Positions 29,372-38,542 of a stretch of DNA of 64,000 nt are shown here, one piece after another. The translations under genes and the position numbers were made by a program. The DNA is from an uncultured Candidatus Saccharibacteria bacterium (GTDB lineage: Bacteria > Patescibacteriota > Minisyncoccia > Phycocordibacterales > UBA2100). Every line of letters begins with the position of its first letter. Within the stretch, counting starts at the first letter, position 1. The stretch covers positions 17,716 through 81,715 of the forward strand of contig CAZJEQ010000004.1 of NCBI GenBank assembly GCA_964545165.1. The letters are read 5' to 3'. The notes beneath the pieces were generated by a model. The model was not told the DNA's origin and did not search any database. It saw only the letters and a list, made by a program, of their open reading frames with translations.

Positions 29372-30298
29372 ATGGATACCTTTTTCTCTTTCGTCATTTC
29401 GCTCGCGACGATGATCGCCGGCCTCTTTGGGAGCAGCTCACACGAGACCGTGTTTCTCGCACAGCCGCTGGTGCCAAAGCCGCCTGAGGCCGCCCTCCTT
29501 TTCGGCGGTGACATGATGTTTGACCGCTCGATTCGCCTCGCTGCAGAGCGAGAAGGGGAAGACTTTATTCTCTCGTGCCTCGATCCGATCTTGGCAGAGG
29601 CGGACCTGGTCGTCGCGAATCTCGAGGGGCCGATCACGGGAGAGCCTTCAGTGAGTGCGAGCTCTGCCATCGAGAGCCCCGAGAATTACACGTTTACCTT
29701 TCCGCTCTCAACGGGCGAGGTGCTCGCGCGGCACAATATTCGCATGGTGAATATTGGCAACAATCACATTGAGAATTTTAAAATAGAAGGTGTCCGATCG
29801 ACCATGCGCGTGCTCGAGAGCGCGGGTGTCGCGTATTTCGGAGATCCGCTTGAACAGCGTGTCGCATATACGGAGATCAATCGAGTGCGCATCGCGGTAG
29901 TGAACTTTAACCAATTCGCCCGGAGCTCTACCAAAGAGAAAACAATTGAGCAGATCCGCGCGGCGAAAGCAGATGGACGAGTGGTGATCGTGTACGCGCA
30001 CTGGGGCGAAGAGTATCTGCCCGCCACGGACTATGAGAAGGAGCTCGCACATGCATTTATCGATGCGGGCGCAGAGATCGTCATCGGCTCTCATCCGCAT
30101 GTCATCCAAGAGCATGAAGTGTATGCAGGCAAACACATTTACTATTCGCTCGGGAATTTGGTATTTGACCAGTACTGGGAAGAGGCGGTGCGCAGCGGCC
30201 TCCTGCTCTCGGTTCGCATCACTTCGCGGGGCGTCGTGGGCGTAGATGAGGTTCCGGTCACCCTTGAGCGTAACCGGCAGACGTGCCCTAGTGCGTAG
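29372..30298 (+). CDS. CapA family metallophosphoesterase
   Basis: GDMMFDR, NLEGP, GNNH, HWGEE, GSHPHV, YSLGN. Confidence 0.9.
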   Translation: MDTFFSFVISLATMIAGLFGSSSHETVFLAQPLVPKPPEAALLFGGDMMFDRSIRLAAEREGEDFILSCLDPILAEADLVVANLEGPITGEPSVSASSAIESPENYTFTFPLSTGEVLARHNIRMVNIGNNHIENFKIEGVRSTMRVLESAGVAYFGDPLEQRVAYTEINRVRIAVVNFNQFARSSTKEKTIEQIRAAKADGRVVIVYAHWGEEYLPATDYEKELAHAFIDAGAEIVIGSHPHVIQEHEVYAGKHIYYSLGNLVFDQYWEEAVRSGLLLSVRITSRGVVGVDEVPVTLERNRQTCPSA

Positions 30299-30340
30299 TG
30301 CACATTGTCTTTTCATCTGCGCCGAGTACCATCGTGCGAT

Positions 30341-30820
30341 ATGGTAAAACAAACGACGTATCGCTGGGTCACGGCTGGCATTCTCGCGCTGATTCTCATC
30401 CTTATCGGCACCGTCTTGTATATGAACGACGGTTTTGGGATCAATCCGTCTTCTTCCGCCCGCTCTGCGGTTGAGGAATTTGGCACGCATCTCCAGAATG
30501 TCTCACTCCTCGCACCCGACGCCACGAGCACGATGGCGACGACGTACGGACCGTTTGTGACTCCCGAGCTGCTCCAATCGTGGGAGGCCAATCCCCAGGA
30601 TGCTCCGGGCCGCCTCACCTCCAGCCCATACCCGGATCGCATCGAGATCACGCGGATCGACAAACAGGGAAGCGGGTACATCGTAAATGGAACGGTGGTC
30701 TACCTCACCTCGACGGGCGAAGCAGGGCGCGCACCGGTCGTGATTCAAATCATCCCGCAGGACGGCAAGTGGCTCATCGCCGCATACGAAGAGCAGGCGC
30801 CCGAGAATACCGGTGCCTAA
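30341..30820 (+). CDS. hypothetical membrane-anchored protein
   Basis: N-terminal TM helix; APGRLTSSPYPDRIEI. Confidence 0.75.
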   Translation: MVKQTTYRWVTAGILALILILIGTVLYMNDGFGINPSSSARSAVEEFGTHLQNVSLLAPDATSTMATTYGPFVTPELLQSWEANPQDAPGRLTSSPYPDRIEITRIDKQGSGYIVNGTVVYLTSTGEAGRAPVVIQIIPQDGKWLIAAYEEQAPENTGA

Positions 30821-30877
30821 TTGAATACGGACCGTTTATCGGTTAATCTTCACCGCATTGCGGCGCGAGCTGCATAT

Positions 30878-30948
30878 TGCGGGATCGTCTAATGGTAGGA
30901 CTACTGCCTCTGGAGCAGTGTATCTTGGTTCGAATCCAAGTCCCGCAG
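30878..30948 (+). tRNA. tRNA-Gln(CTG)
   Basis: Acceptor tgcggga/tcccgca; actgc-ctCTGga-gcagt; GGTTCGAATCC. Confidence 0.95.
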
Positions 30949-31116
30949 CAAAATGAGCTTCGCGAATTTTGCGAAGGGATTTGGATTCGAACGGGAAAGG
31001 GGTCGGGAAAACACCTTGTTTTCCCGTGGAGGAAGGTATGGGAAAACCGTGGGCGCCCCGAAGAAAGTACCCTTGGGGTGTTTCCCAGGGGTTCGCAGTC
31101 CAAGTCCCGCAGCAAA
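30935..31116. repeat. tRNA-Gln 3'-end duplication enclosing a structured mini-element
   Basis: 18-nt direct repeat tccaagtcccgcagcaaa at 30935 and 31099; antisense copy at 30976-30992. Confidence 0.85.
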
Positions 31117-31157
31117 GTTGAAATCGAGGTGTTTGGTCGGCACAGTATACTTATCGT

Positions 31158-31493
31158 ATGTTCGGCGTGAACAAACATCTTTTGATCGGGATACTTTTCG
31201 CGCTCCCGTTTTTTGCCTTGAATGCACTGGTGGTATCGGGAGCAGCAATAGGGGTGGCGTTTCGCACCGCGGTCAACTCGACGGGGTATGGGCAACCATT
31301 CATTCTCGGCCTTCTCGCGTTGGTATTTGTCGGTGGGGTAGTCGCATTGTATCCGGTGATCAAGACTCGCCGCCTGATGCTGTTGAATATTGTCGCGGGG
31401 GTACTTCTCGTCGGTTTCTCGATTATGGCGGGGTACGGTCTGGGAGTCGATGTATATCACTGCGATGTACTGAAGATCCCCAATTGCGACTAG
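31158..31493 (+). CDS. hypothetical three-TM membrane protein
   Basis: Hydrophobic ORF ending CDVLKIPNCD; TATACT 6 nt upstream. Confidence 0.75.
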   Translation: MFGVNKHLLIGILFALPFFALNALVVSGAAIGVAFRTAVNSTGYGQPFILGLLALVFVGGVVALYPVIKTRRLMLLNIVAGVLLVGFSIMAGYGLGVDVYHCDVLKIPNCD

Positions 31494-31525
31494 TGAATCT
31501 TCCGGCACAATCAGGCTCGTCGCGC

Positions 31526-32095
31526 ATGAAAATTATTCTTGGCTCAGCATCGGCAGGCAGGAAGCTCATCATGGAAGAGCTGGGATATGATTTCGTCGTC
31601 ATGCCCGCTGATATCGATGAGAAGGCGATCAGGCGAGACGAGCCGAAGGAGCTCGTGATGGCTATAGCGCAAGCAAAGGCGGACGCACTCCTCCCGAAAA
31701 TTCACGAACCCGCACTGCTCGTCACCGCCGATCAGGTCGTGCTTTTCAAGGGTGTCGTGCATGAGAAGCCGGTTGATGCAGCTGAGGCAAAGCGATTTCT
31801 CGCGAGCTACGTCGATGCGCCCGTTGAGGTCTGCGGTGCGATCGTGGTGGTGAATACCGGCACAGGCACGCGTGTGCAGGCATTGCAGTCGGCCAAGGTG
31901 TACCTCAAGCCGCTCCCAGAAGATTTTATTGAGCAGTATGTGCAATCGGGTGAGGCGCTGAAGGGCGCGGGAGGATTTATGATTCAAAATCCCATCTTCG
32001 CGCCGTATATCGAGCGCGTTGAGGGATCCTTCGATGCGCTCGTCGGTCTTTCAAAAGACGTATTGCAGCAATTGATGCACGAAGCATCGCAGTAG
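31526..32095 (+). CDS. maf: Maf family nucleoside triphosphate pyrophosphatase
   Basis: IILGSASAGRK, DIDEK, TADQVV, EKP, AGGFMIQ. Confidence 0.9.
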   Translation: MKIILGSASAGRKLIMEELGYDFVVMPADIDEKAIRRDEPKELVMAIAQAKADALLPKIHEPALLVTADQVVLFKGVVHEKPVDAAEAKRFLASYVDAPVEVCGAIVVVNTGTGTRVQALQSAKVYLKPLPEDFIEQYVQSGEALKGAGGFMIQNPIFAPYIERVEGSFDALVGLSKDVLQQLMHEASQ

Positions 32096-32102
32096 CCAGG
32101 CC

Positions 32103-32471
32103 CTACTGTGCGAGGTGCGTTTTGATTTCTGGAGCAAGATGCGCGAGCGCCGCAAGAATTGCCGCGCCGGTTTTGGGCGGGAGGCGGCCGCCTGTCGTGA
32201 AGATGCGCCGCGCGTGATTGCGTAGCCGCACCGGGATGATGAGCGGCATCTCGAGCCACTGCAGAGGTCGCTTGAGGCGCTGCACCGAAGAGAGCGTGAT
32301 ACGGCCACGAGAGATGTGACCTGATGCCACGTGGGTGAATTCATTCTTGCGAAGGATGAGCACGATCTCGTGCTGCACTTTTTTAAAAGATGAGGTCACT
32401 GGCTCAGTGAGCGAGCCATTTCTCTCGAGCAGTACGAGCCGCTCATCGCTGAGAGGGAGCACGTAGGCCAC
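32103..32471 (-). CDS. hypothetical protein
   Basis: GTG start 6 nt after TATAAT; fills the gap. Confidence 0.5.
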   Translation of the reverse strand: MAYVLPLSDERLVLLERNGSLTEPVTSSFKKVQHEIVLILRKNEFTHVASGHISRGRITLSSVQRLKRPLQWLEMPLIIPVRLRNHARRIFTTGGRLPPKTGAAILAALAHLAPEIKTHLAQ

Positions 32472-32530
32472 GCATCTATTATAACGCGTGGGTTCATGCA
32501 CCGGTCATATACACGCGGTATAATTCATGC

Positions 32531-32986
32531 ATGCAAACACTACACACGGAGATTTTTATTCAGGCACCACGCGACAAGGTGTGGGATGTCATGCTCGGTG
32601 ATGCGACCTATCGCGAATGGACCAACGCATTTCATCCCGGCTCGTACTACGTGGGCGACTGGAGCGAAGGGTCCAAGATGCTTTTCTTGGGACCCGACGC
32701 AGAGGCCGGGAAGGAAGGAGGCATGGTGAGTCGGATTAAAGAAAATAGGCGACCGGAATTTATCTCGATCGAACATATTGGCATGGTGAAAGACGGTGTC
32801 GAAGATACGACAGGGGAAGAGGTGAAGAAGTGGGTTCCCGCATTCGAAAACTACACCTTTACCGAACAAGATGGCGGGACCCTGCTCGCCGTCGACATGC
32901 AGGCCGAAGCCAGTGAGTACAAAGAAATGTTTGAGCAGATGTGGCCAAAGGCACTGCAGGCGCTCAAAGAAATTGCAGAGAAGTAG
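32531..32986 (+). CDS. SRPBCC/START-fold (AHSA1-like) protein
   Basis: IFIQAPRDKVWD...YREW...WPKALQALKEIAE. Confidence 0.85.
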   Translation: MQTLHTEIFIQAPRDKVWDVMLGDATYREWTNAFHPGSYYVGDWSEGSKMLFLGPDAEAGKEGGMVSRIKENRRPEFISIEHIGMVKDGVEDTTGEEVKKWVPAFENYTFTEQDGGTLLAVDMQAEASEYKEMFEQMWPKALQALKEIAEK

Positions 32987-32994
32987 GTTTGGAT

Positions 32995-33351
32995 ATGACT
33001 CTCTTTGAAGAGCGCCCGCTCACTCATAAGGTGGCGAAGAAGACGTTTAGTGAGCGAGTTGTCGCGCTCGCGCTCGCAGTGCCTGCCGGCAAGGTGACGA
33101 CGTATGGTGCACTCGCCAAAGCGGCGGGCGGTGGTGGTATGGCCGCGCGCAGCGTGAGCGGCCTTCTCGGGAAGGCGTGGGATGCGGGCGAGCACGGCAT
33201 CCCGTGGCATCGTATCGTGTACTCGGATGGTCGCGTGTGGGTGAGCAGCGACACGCGCAAGAAGCGTATGGCCCTCTATAAAAAAGAGAAGATACAGCTC
33301 GATAAGAGCGACCGCGTCGTCGATTTTCAAGACAAACTGTACGAATTTTAA
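32995..33351 (+). CDS. alkyltransferase-like (ATL/YbaZ, MGMT family) protein
   Basis: VPAGKVTTYGALA, ARSV, IPWHRIV (Trp in place of catalytic Cys). Confidence 0.88.
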   Translation: MTLFEERPLTHKVAKKTFSERVVALALAVPAGKVTTYGALAKAAGGGGMAARSVSGLLGKAWDAGEHGIPWHRIVYSDGRVWVSSDTRKKRMALYKKEKIQLDKSDRVVDFQDKLYEF

Positions 33352-33397
33352 AGCGATCAGATTTTGATATTGCACGGAGATGCGGTAGCTTCTCTCC

Positions 33398-34858
33398 ATG
33401 AGTGCTGATTCGACCATCGTTCGCTTTGAAGACGTCTCCTACGAGTACGGCCCGAAAAAGCCGATTCTCGACGACGTGTCTTTTCCTATTCGCCGCAATG
33501 CCAAGCTCACGCTCATGGGCCAGAACGGTGCGGGCAAGAGTACGATATTTGGGCTCATCACCGGTGCCATCGCACAGGACAGTGGTGTGATCCATATCGA
33601 AAAGGGACTCACGATCGCCGTTGCTCGCCAGGTGATCCCGCGCGACGAGCTCGATCTCACGGTGCGCGATTTCTTCCAGAAAGTCTTTCCAAAAAAGGTC
33701 TACGACATTGATGTGCGCATCGATGCGGTCTTGGAGATCGTGAATCTACAAGGCCACGAGAAGGTGCATGATCGAATCGTGCGGTCATTTTCTGGTGGCC
33801 AGCAGGCGCGCCTCCTCCTTGCACTCGCTCTTATCCAAGAGCCGGACATGCTCCTCCTTGATGAGCCGACCAACAATCTGGATAAGGCGGGCATCGCACA
33901 TCTGACGCAATTTCTCATTGCGTATCCGAAGACCTGTATCGTCATTTCGCACGATGCGGACTTTCTCAACGCATTCACGCACGGTGTCTTGTATCTCGAT
34001 GTGCATACGCACAAGGTGGAGCAGTACGTCGGTAACTACTACGATGTGCTCAAAGAAGTCTCCGCACGCGTCGAGAAGGAGGAGATGAAAAACGCGCGCT
34101 TGCAGAAAATCATCAGCGCCAAGAAAGATCAGGCCAATGTCTTCGCGCACAAAGGTGGTGGGCTGCGCCTCGTGGCCAAGCGCATGCGTGCGGCAGCAGC
34201 GGAAGCGGAGGAGTCGATGGTGGAGGTGCGCAAAGAAGATAAGACCATTCGGGATTTCAAAATTCCCGCGCAGGAAGGGCTTTCTGCCGAAGTGATGAAC
34301 ATTTCATTCTTCAAGGTCATCAAGAATTACAAACCGGTCGTCAAAAAGAAGGCGATCGCGCTGCGTAAAAATCAGCACCTCCTGCTCCAGGGACCCAACG
34401 GTATCGGCAAATCGACGCTGCTCGAGGCGCTCGCGAGCGGAGAGGCAGAAGGCGCCACCATCGCGAAGGGGGTGCGCGTCGGATACTACCGCCAGGATTT
34501 TTCCAACCTCGATTTTAGTGCAACTGTTCGCGATGAATTATTTGCCGCGATGGACCGACCTGTCGAAGAGACTATGCGAGCGGTCGCGGCGAGCTTTCTG
34601 CTCACCGGTGATGTAGTAAACACGACGATTGGACACCTCTCTGAAGGCCAAAAGGGCCTCGTCGCATTTGCACGGCTCGTGCTCCTGCGCCCCGGCCTCC
34701 TCATCCTCGATGAGCCGACCAACCATATCAACTTCCGCCATATCCCGGTCATCGCCAAAGCGCTTGATGCCTACGAGGGTGCAATGATCCTCGTCTCACA
34801 CGTGCCAGAATTCGTCGCCTCGATTCGTATCGACGAGACACTCGACCTCGCGAAGTAA
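33398..34858 (+). CDS. ABC-F family ATPase
   Basis: Two NBDs (GQNGAGKS/FSGGQ/DEPTNNLD; GPNGIGKS/LSEGQ/DEPTNH), no TM domain. Confidence 0.9.
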   Translation: MSADSTIVRFEDVSYEYGPKKPILDDVSFPIRRNAKLTLMGQNGAGKSTIFGLITGAIAQDSGVIHIEKGLTIAVARQVIPRDELDLTVRDFFQKVFPKKVYDIDVRIDAVLEIVNLQGHEKVHDRIVRSFSGGQQARLLLALALIQEPDMLLLDEPTNNLDKAGIAHLTQFLIAYPKTCIVISHDADFLNAFTHGVLYLDVHTHKVEQYVGNYYDVLKEVSARVEKEEMKNARLQKIISAKKDQANVFAHKGGGLRLVAKRMRAAAAEAEESMVEVRKEDKTIRDFKIPAQEGLSAEVMNISFFKVIKNYKPVVKKKAIALRKNQHLLLQGPNGIGKSTLLEALASGEAEGATIAKGVRVGYYRQDFSNLDFSATVRDELFAAMDRPVEETMRAVAASFLLTGDVVNTTIGHLSEGQKGLVAFARLVLLRPGLLILDEPTNHINFRHIPVIAKALDAYEGAMILVSHVPEFVASIRIDETLDLAK

Positions 34859-34939
34859 TCGATCGTAAGGGTTTGCGGCGTATACGTGCTACAGTTGCGC
34901 CTCGCTGTCCCTTTACTCGCCACACTAATCATCATTCTC

Positions 34940-35059
34940 ATGAACGATACAACTCCGGAAACGATGGCTCCCGACGCTCCTGCAATGGAACCGGTTGTCA
35001 CCGAGACCCCTGCCCCTGAGGCAGAGACGCCTGCAGCCGACGAAACCGCCACTGCATAG
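34940..35059 (+). CDS. small acidic Pro/Thr/Ala-rich protein (39 aa, not in ORF track)
   Basis: MNDTTPETMAPDAPAMEPVVTETPAPEAETPAADETATA*, followed by a terminator. Confidence 0.55.
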   Translation: MNDTTPETMAPDAPAMEPVVTETPAPEAETPAADETATA

Positions 35060-35061
35060 TC

Positions 35062-35099
35062 ATAAAAAAACCGCTGCGACACGTAGCGGTTTTTTTATT
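35062..35099 (+). terminator. intrinsic terminator
   Basis: aaaaaaaccgctgcg-aca-cgtagcggttttttt. Confidence 0.85.
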
Positions 35100-35144
35100 T
35101 GGGACACTACGCTACGCCTTGCGCAAAGTGATAGGATGTCACGC

Positions 35145-35729
35145 ATGACGGATATGCTCATGACGAAGGAATTTGTCGCGCTGATTGCAGCACTGCTCGC
35201 CATTGTCGGCAATGTACCGTACGTACGCGATGTGGTGCGCGGTCGCGTGAAGCCACATCCCTATACGTGGTTTGTGTGGACCATCGTCTCGGCGGTCGTC
35301 TTTTTCGGACAACTCGCGAAGGGCGCGGGCATCGGCGCGCTGCCGACCGCAGCCTCGGAAATATTCACGCTGATCATTTTCCTCCTCTCACTCAAATACG
35401 GTTTCAAACACATTCGTCGTATCGATACAGTATTTCTCTGCATCGCGCTCCTCGGCCTTATCCCATGGTGGCTCACCAAAGACCCGACCGTCTCGGTGAT
35501 CATTGTCGTCACGATAGACGTGATCGGATTTATCCCGACGCTCCAAAAGACCTGGCGTGAGCCGGAGACCGAGGTGCCGCTCCTTTTCGGCACCAATGTC
35601 GTGCGTCACATTCTCATGCTTTTCTCGCTCCAGGCGTACAACGTCGCGACCACGCTGCATTCCATCGCGATGATTACCACCAACAGCCTCATGACCCTTT
35701 TCATTCTGTTTCGACGGTCGGCAAAGTAG
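35145..35729 (+). CDS. multi-pass membrane protein (PQ-loop-like duplication)
   Basis: PYVRDV..KPHPYTWFVW and PTLQKTWREP.TE repeats, ~7 TM helices. Confidence 0.8.
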   Translation: MTDMLMTKEFVALIAALLAIVGNVPYVRDVVRGRVKPHPYTWFVWTIVSAVVFFGQLAKGAGIGALPTAASEIFTLIIFLLSLKYGFKHIRRIDTVFLCIALLGLIPWWLTKDPTVSVIIVVTIDVIGFIPTLQKTWREPETEVPLLFGTNVVRHILMLFSLQAYNVATTLHSIAMITTNSLMTLFILFRRSAK

Positions 35730-35819
35730 TACGCAATTGACCCGCTCTTCTCTTCTGATACGGTGGTGGCAGTTTTGCGTTCCCGCGAGTGATGCTCGCA
35801 TCAGCAAGGAGAGTGAGCG

Positions 35820-36257
35820 ATGCAACGTGCTAAATTCGACTTTTCGACGCACATCCTGTGCTTCGGCGTTGACCCGAAGACCGCGCAAGAGATCGAGGCC
35901 CGGCTCAAAGAGAGCCTGTCCGATGATCCGCAGAGGTGGTCCGTCGAAGGTGCTGACGTCCAGACCCTCGCGCAAGCGATCGCCTACATCGAGGCCAATC
36001 CGGGCCTCGAGGTCTTGGTGATCCCGCGCCAGGCGTTTCGAGGTGCCCGTACGTATCCGGACATGCTCGCCGATATGGAGCAACTCGCTGTGGCGCTCGC
36101 AGCTCATCCGCACAAGCCGTGGGTCGCTCTGAACACCGACTACTGTGAAGACGTGGAGCCGATCTTTGAGAAAACCGGTGTCGACGTCTGCACCGGCTAT
36201 CTAAGCAACATCGTGCGGCAGAGATGGCGCTCGCAGATCGTCTCCATCGCGGCTTAG
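35820..36257 (+). CDS. hypothetical protein
   Basis: AAGGAG SD; 145-aa ORF. Confidence 0.6.
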   Translation: MQRAKFDFSTHILCFGVDPKTAQEIEARLKESLSDDPQRWSVEGADVQTLAQAIAYIEANPGLEVLVIPRQAFRGARTYPDMLADMEQLAVALAAHPHKPWVALNTDYCEDVEPIFEKTGVDVCTGYLSNIVRQRWRSQIVSIAA

Positions 36258-36335
36258 GCGATGAAAAGGGAGGGGGCAGCGAATGTCGCGCCTCCTCCCA
36301 TGTGTTTTTTATAAAACTGCGGTATGATATCGCGC

Positions 36336-36449
36336 ATGGGAAGAATACCTGATATTCAGCAGAAGAAGTCTCGCTCACGCAAGACAGGTAAGCGCCTCGC
36401 CGCCAAGGCTGCGATGCTCGCCGCTCGATCTGCCAAGAAGCGCCGCTAA
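36336..36449 (+). CDS. small very basic protein (37 aa, not in ORF track)
   Basis: [37 protein letters not shown]; TATGAT 7 nt upstream; stop 1 nt before the next ATG. Confidence 0.7.
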   Translation: MGRIPDIQQKKSRSRKTGKRLAAKAAMLAARSAKKRR

Positions 36450-36450
36450 C

Positions 36451-36927
36451 ATGAAAGCGACGTTGCATACGACGAAGGGCGACATCACGCTTGAGTTGTT
36501 TGAAGCGGATGCGCCGAATACTGTTGCCAATTTCGTAAAGCTCGCGGGGAGCGGCTTTTATGACGGGACCAAATTCCACCGCGTCATCCAGAGCTTTATG
36601 ATCCAGGGCGGCGATCCGCTCACCAAGGACGATAGTGAGGTCAATTTCTGGGGCACGGGAGGCCCGGGTTACAAATTCGCCGATGAGATCCACGCGCACA
36701 ATCAGAATGATGTCGGCACGATCTCAATGGCAAATGCCGGACCCAATACCAATGGCAGCCAATTCTTCATCAACACCGCGGACAACAATTTCCTTGATAC
36801 TAAGCACACCGTCTTCGGCAAAGTGACTGCCGGTATGGATGCGGTCACTGCTATCGAGACCACGCCCGTCGGTCCCTCAGATCGCCCGGTTGAGCCGGTC
36901 GTGATCAATTCCATTACACTCGCGTAG
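36451..36927 (+). CDS. cyclophilin-type peptidyl-prolyl isomerase
   Basis: [38 protein letters not shown]. Confidence 0.95.
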   Translation: MKATLHTTKGDITLELFEADAPNTVANFVKLAGSGFYDGTKFHRVIQSFMIQGGDPLTKDDSEVNFWGTGGPGYKFADEIHAHNQNDVGTISMANAGPNTNGSQFFINTADNNFLDTKHTVFGKVTAGMDAVTAIETTPVGPSDRPVEPVVINSITLA

Positions 36928-38179
36928 CTGCGGCGGCAGTGCCCGCTACGAATCCGCTCGTCCAACACAGCTGCAAGCTGTAGCCGCCCGATGGACGATT
37001 CACATCAAGCAGGTCGCCGATGATGTAGAGATTGTCGTATTTGAGCGAGCGCATATCCTTGGTATCGATCTCGGTGAGTGGCACGCCGCCCGAGGTGACG
37101 ACCGCCTTTTCGAGCCCAAGCAGATGCGATACCTCGACGGCGAAATGCTTGAGTGTTTTCATCAAGCGTACGCGCTCATCGCGTGTCACGCTGTTGCACA
37201 TTTTTTCGCCATGAATCTCGGCGCGCTCCAAGACGACTGCCACCAGCGCGGGTGGCACGACACTGCCGAGTGAATTGCGCACCATTTTATTCGCATGCGC
37301 CTTTAGTGTCGTCTGCAGGAGTGTGTCTATTTTCTCGTACCCTTCGGCAGGGAAGAGGTCGATTTCGATGATCACCGGGCCGTGGATCAAGAGCTGTCCG
37401 ATTTCGCGACTGAGGTTGAGGGTCGCAGGGCCCGAGAGGCCGACATGAGTAAAGAGAATTTTGCCCGTGTGCGTGCCTTGCTTTTCGTTGTCTTGAAAGA
37501 GTGTGAGTTTGGCGCGTGCACTCACGCCCGCAGCGCGCGTCGTCGATGTGCCCTTGAGCGCAACGGGTACGAGTGCACCGCCGCTTTCATCAATGGTGTG
37601 CCCGATGTCTCGCAGCATGCGGAAGCCATCTCCCGACGAGCCAGTCTCTGGTCGCGAGAGGCCGCCGGTCGCTAGAATAAAGGACCGTCCACGAATGGTA
37701 TTACCGCCGGAGATTTTCGCCGCGACAATCGTGCCATGATCGACGACGAGCGATGCGACCGGTGCATTCGACACAATCGTCACGCCGTGACCGCCGAGAT
37801 AGCTCACGAGTGCGTCGTAGACACTTCGTGCAGTATTCGAGGTAGGAAATGCACGATTGTCCGCCTCGATCTTGATCGGCATACCGCGTCCTTCGAAAAA
37901 ATCGATCGTGCTCTTCGAATCCCATACCGAAAAGGGTGACGCCAGAAATTTGCCCGCGTCTTTGTAGTAGGAGAGCAGTTTTTTTACATCGGACTCCGCA
38001 TTGGTTACGTTGCAGCGGCCGCCGCCAGTGATGAGGAGCTTCTTGCCGGGCGCAAGATTCTTCTCGAGCAGTACGACTTGCGCACCGCACTCAGCTGCGC
38101 GACCCGCCGCCATCATCCCTGCCGGCCCGGCGCCGATCACGACGACGTCCCAGATTTTATCGAGAGGAGTTGGCTTCAC
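36914..38179 (-). CDS. HI0933/BaiN family flavoprotein
   Basis: [46 protein letters not shown]. Confidence 0.92.
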   Translation of the reverse strand: MKPTPLDKIWDVVVIGAGPAGMMAAGRAAECGAQVVLLEKNLAPGKKLLITGGGRCNVTNAESDVKKLLSYYKDAGKFLASPFSVWDSKSTIDFFEGRGMPIKIEADNRAFPTSNTARSVYDALVSYLGGHGVTIVSNAPVASLVVDHGTIVAAKISGGNTIRGRSFILATGGLSRPETGSSGDGFRMLRDIGHTIDESGGALVPVALKGTSTTRAAGVSARAKLTLFQDNEKQGTHTGKILFTHVGLSGPATLNLSREIGQLLIHGPVIIEIDLFPAEGYEKIDTLLQTTLKAHANKMVRNSLGSVVPPALVAVVLERAEIHGEKMCNSVTRDERVRLMKTLKHFAVEVSHLLGLEKAVVTSGGVPLTEIDTKDMRSLKYDNLYIIGDLLDVNRPSGGYSLQLCWTSGFVAGTAAAATRV

Positions 38180-38208
38180 CGCGTCATGCTAGCATCGAAG
38201 AGACGCCC

Positions 38209-38475
38209 ATGCATTACGTATATATATTGAAGTGTGCGGATAGCACCTTCTACATCGGCTATACCAACAATATTGCGAAGCGTCTCGCGATGCACAATGG
38301 CGGCAAAGCGGGAGCGAAGTACACGAGAGCGCGTCGTCCTGTCACACTTCTCTATAAACAAGGATTTCGGACGCTCTCAAAGGCACTCAAGCGGGAATAT
38401 GAAATGAAACAATGGTCCCGCGCAGAGAAATTGGCTTTTTTGCGAAAGAAACGCCAACTCTTGCAATCTTCATGA
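38209..38475 (+). CDS. GIY-YIG nuclease (UPF0213-like)
   Basis: YVYILKC..TFYIGYT...RL..HN..GAKYTRARRP...ALKRE. Confidence 0.92.
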   Translation: MHYVYILKCADSTFYIGYTNNIAKRLAMHNGGKAGAKYTRARRPVTLLYKQGFRTLSKALKREYEMKQWSRAEKLAFLRKKRQLLQSS

Positions 38476-38542
38476 TTTAGTTGCATAGTGCGGATATTAC
38501 ACGCCGTGTGCCACTAATTATCAAGGTTTTAAGCCATATTTT

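Noticed and set aside
38209-38475. GIY-YIG gene as the mobiliser of the repeat family
   Set aside because: No repeat copies flank it, and it looks like the common standalone UPF0213-type protein. A link cannot be supported from this window.
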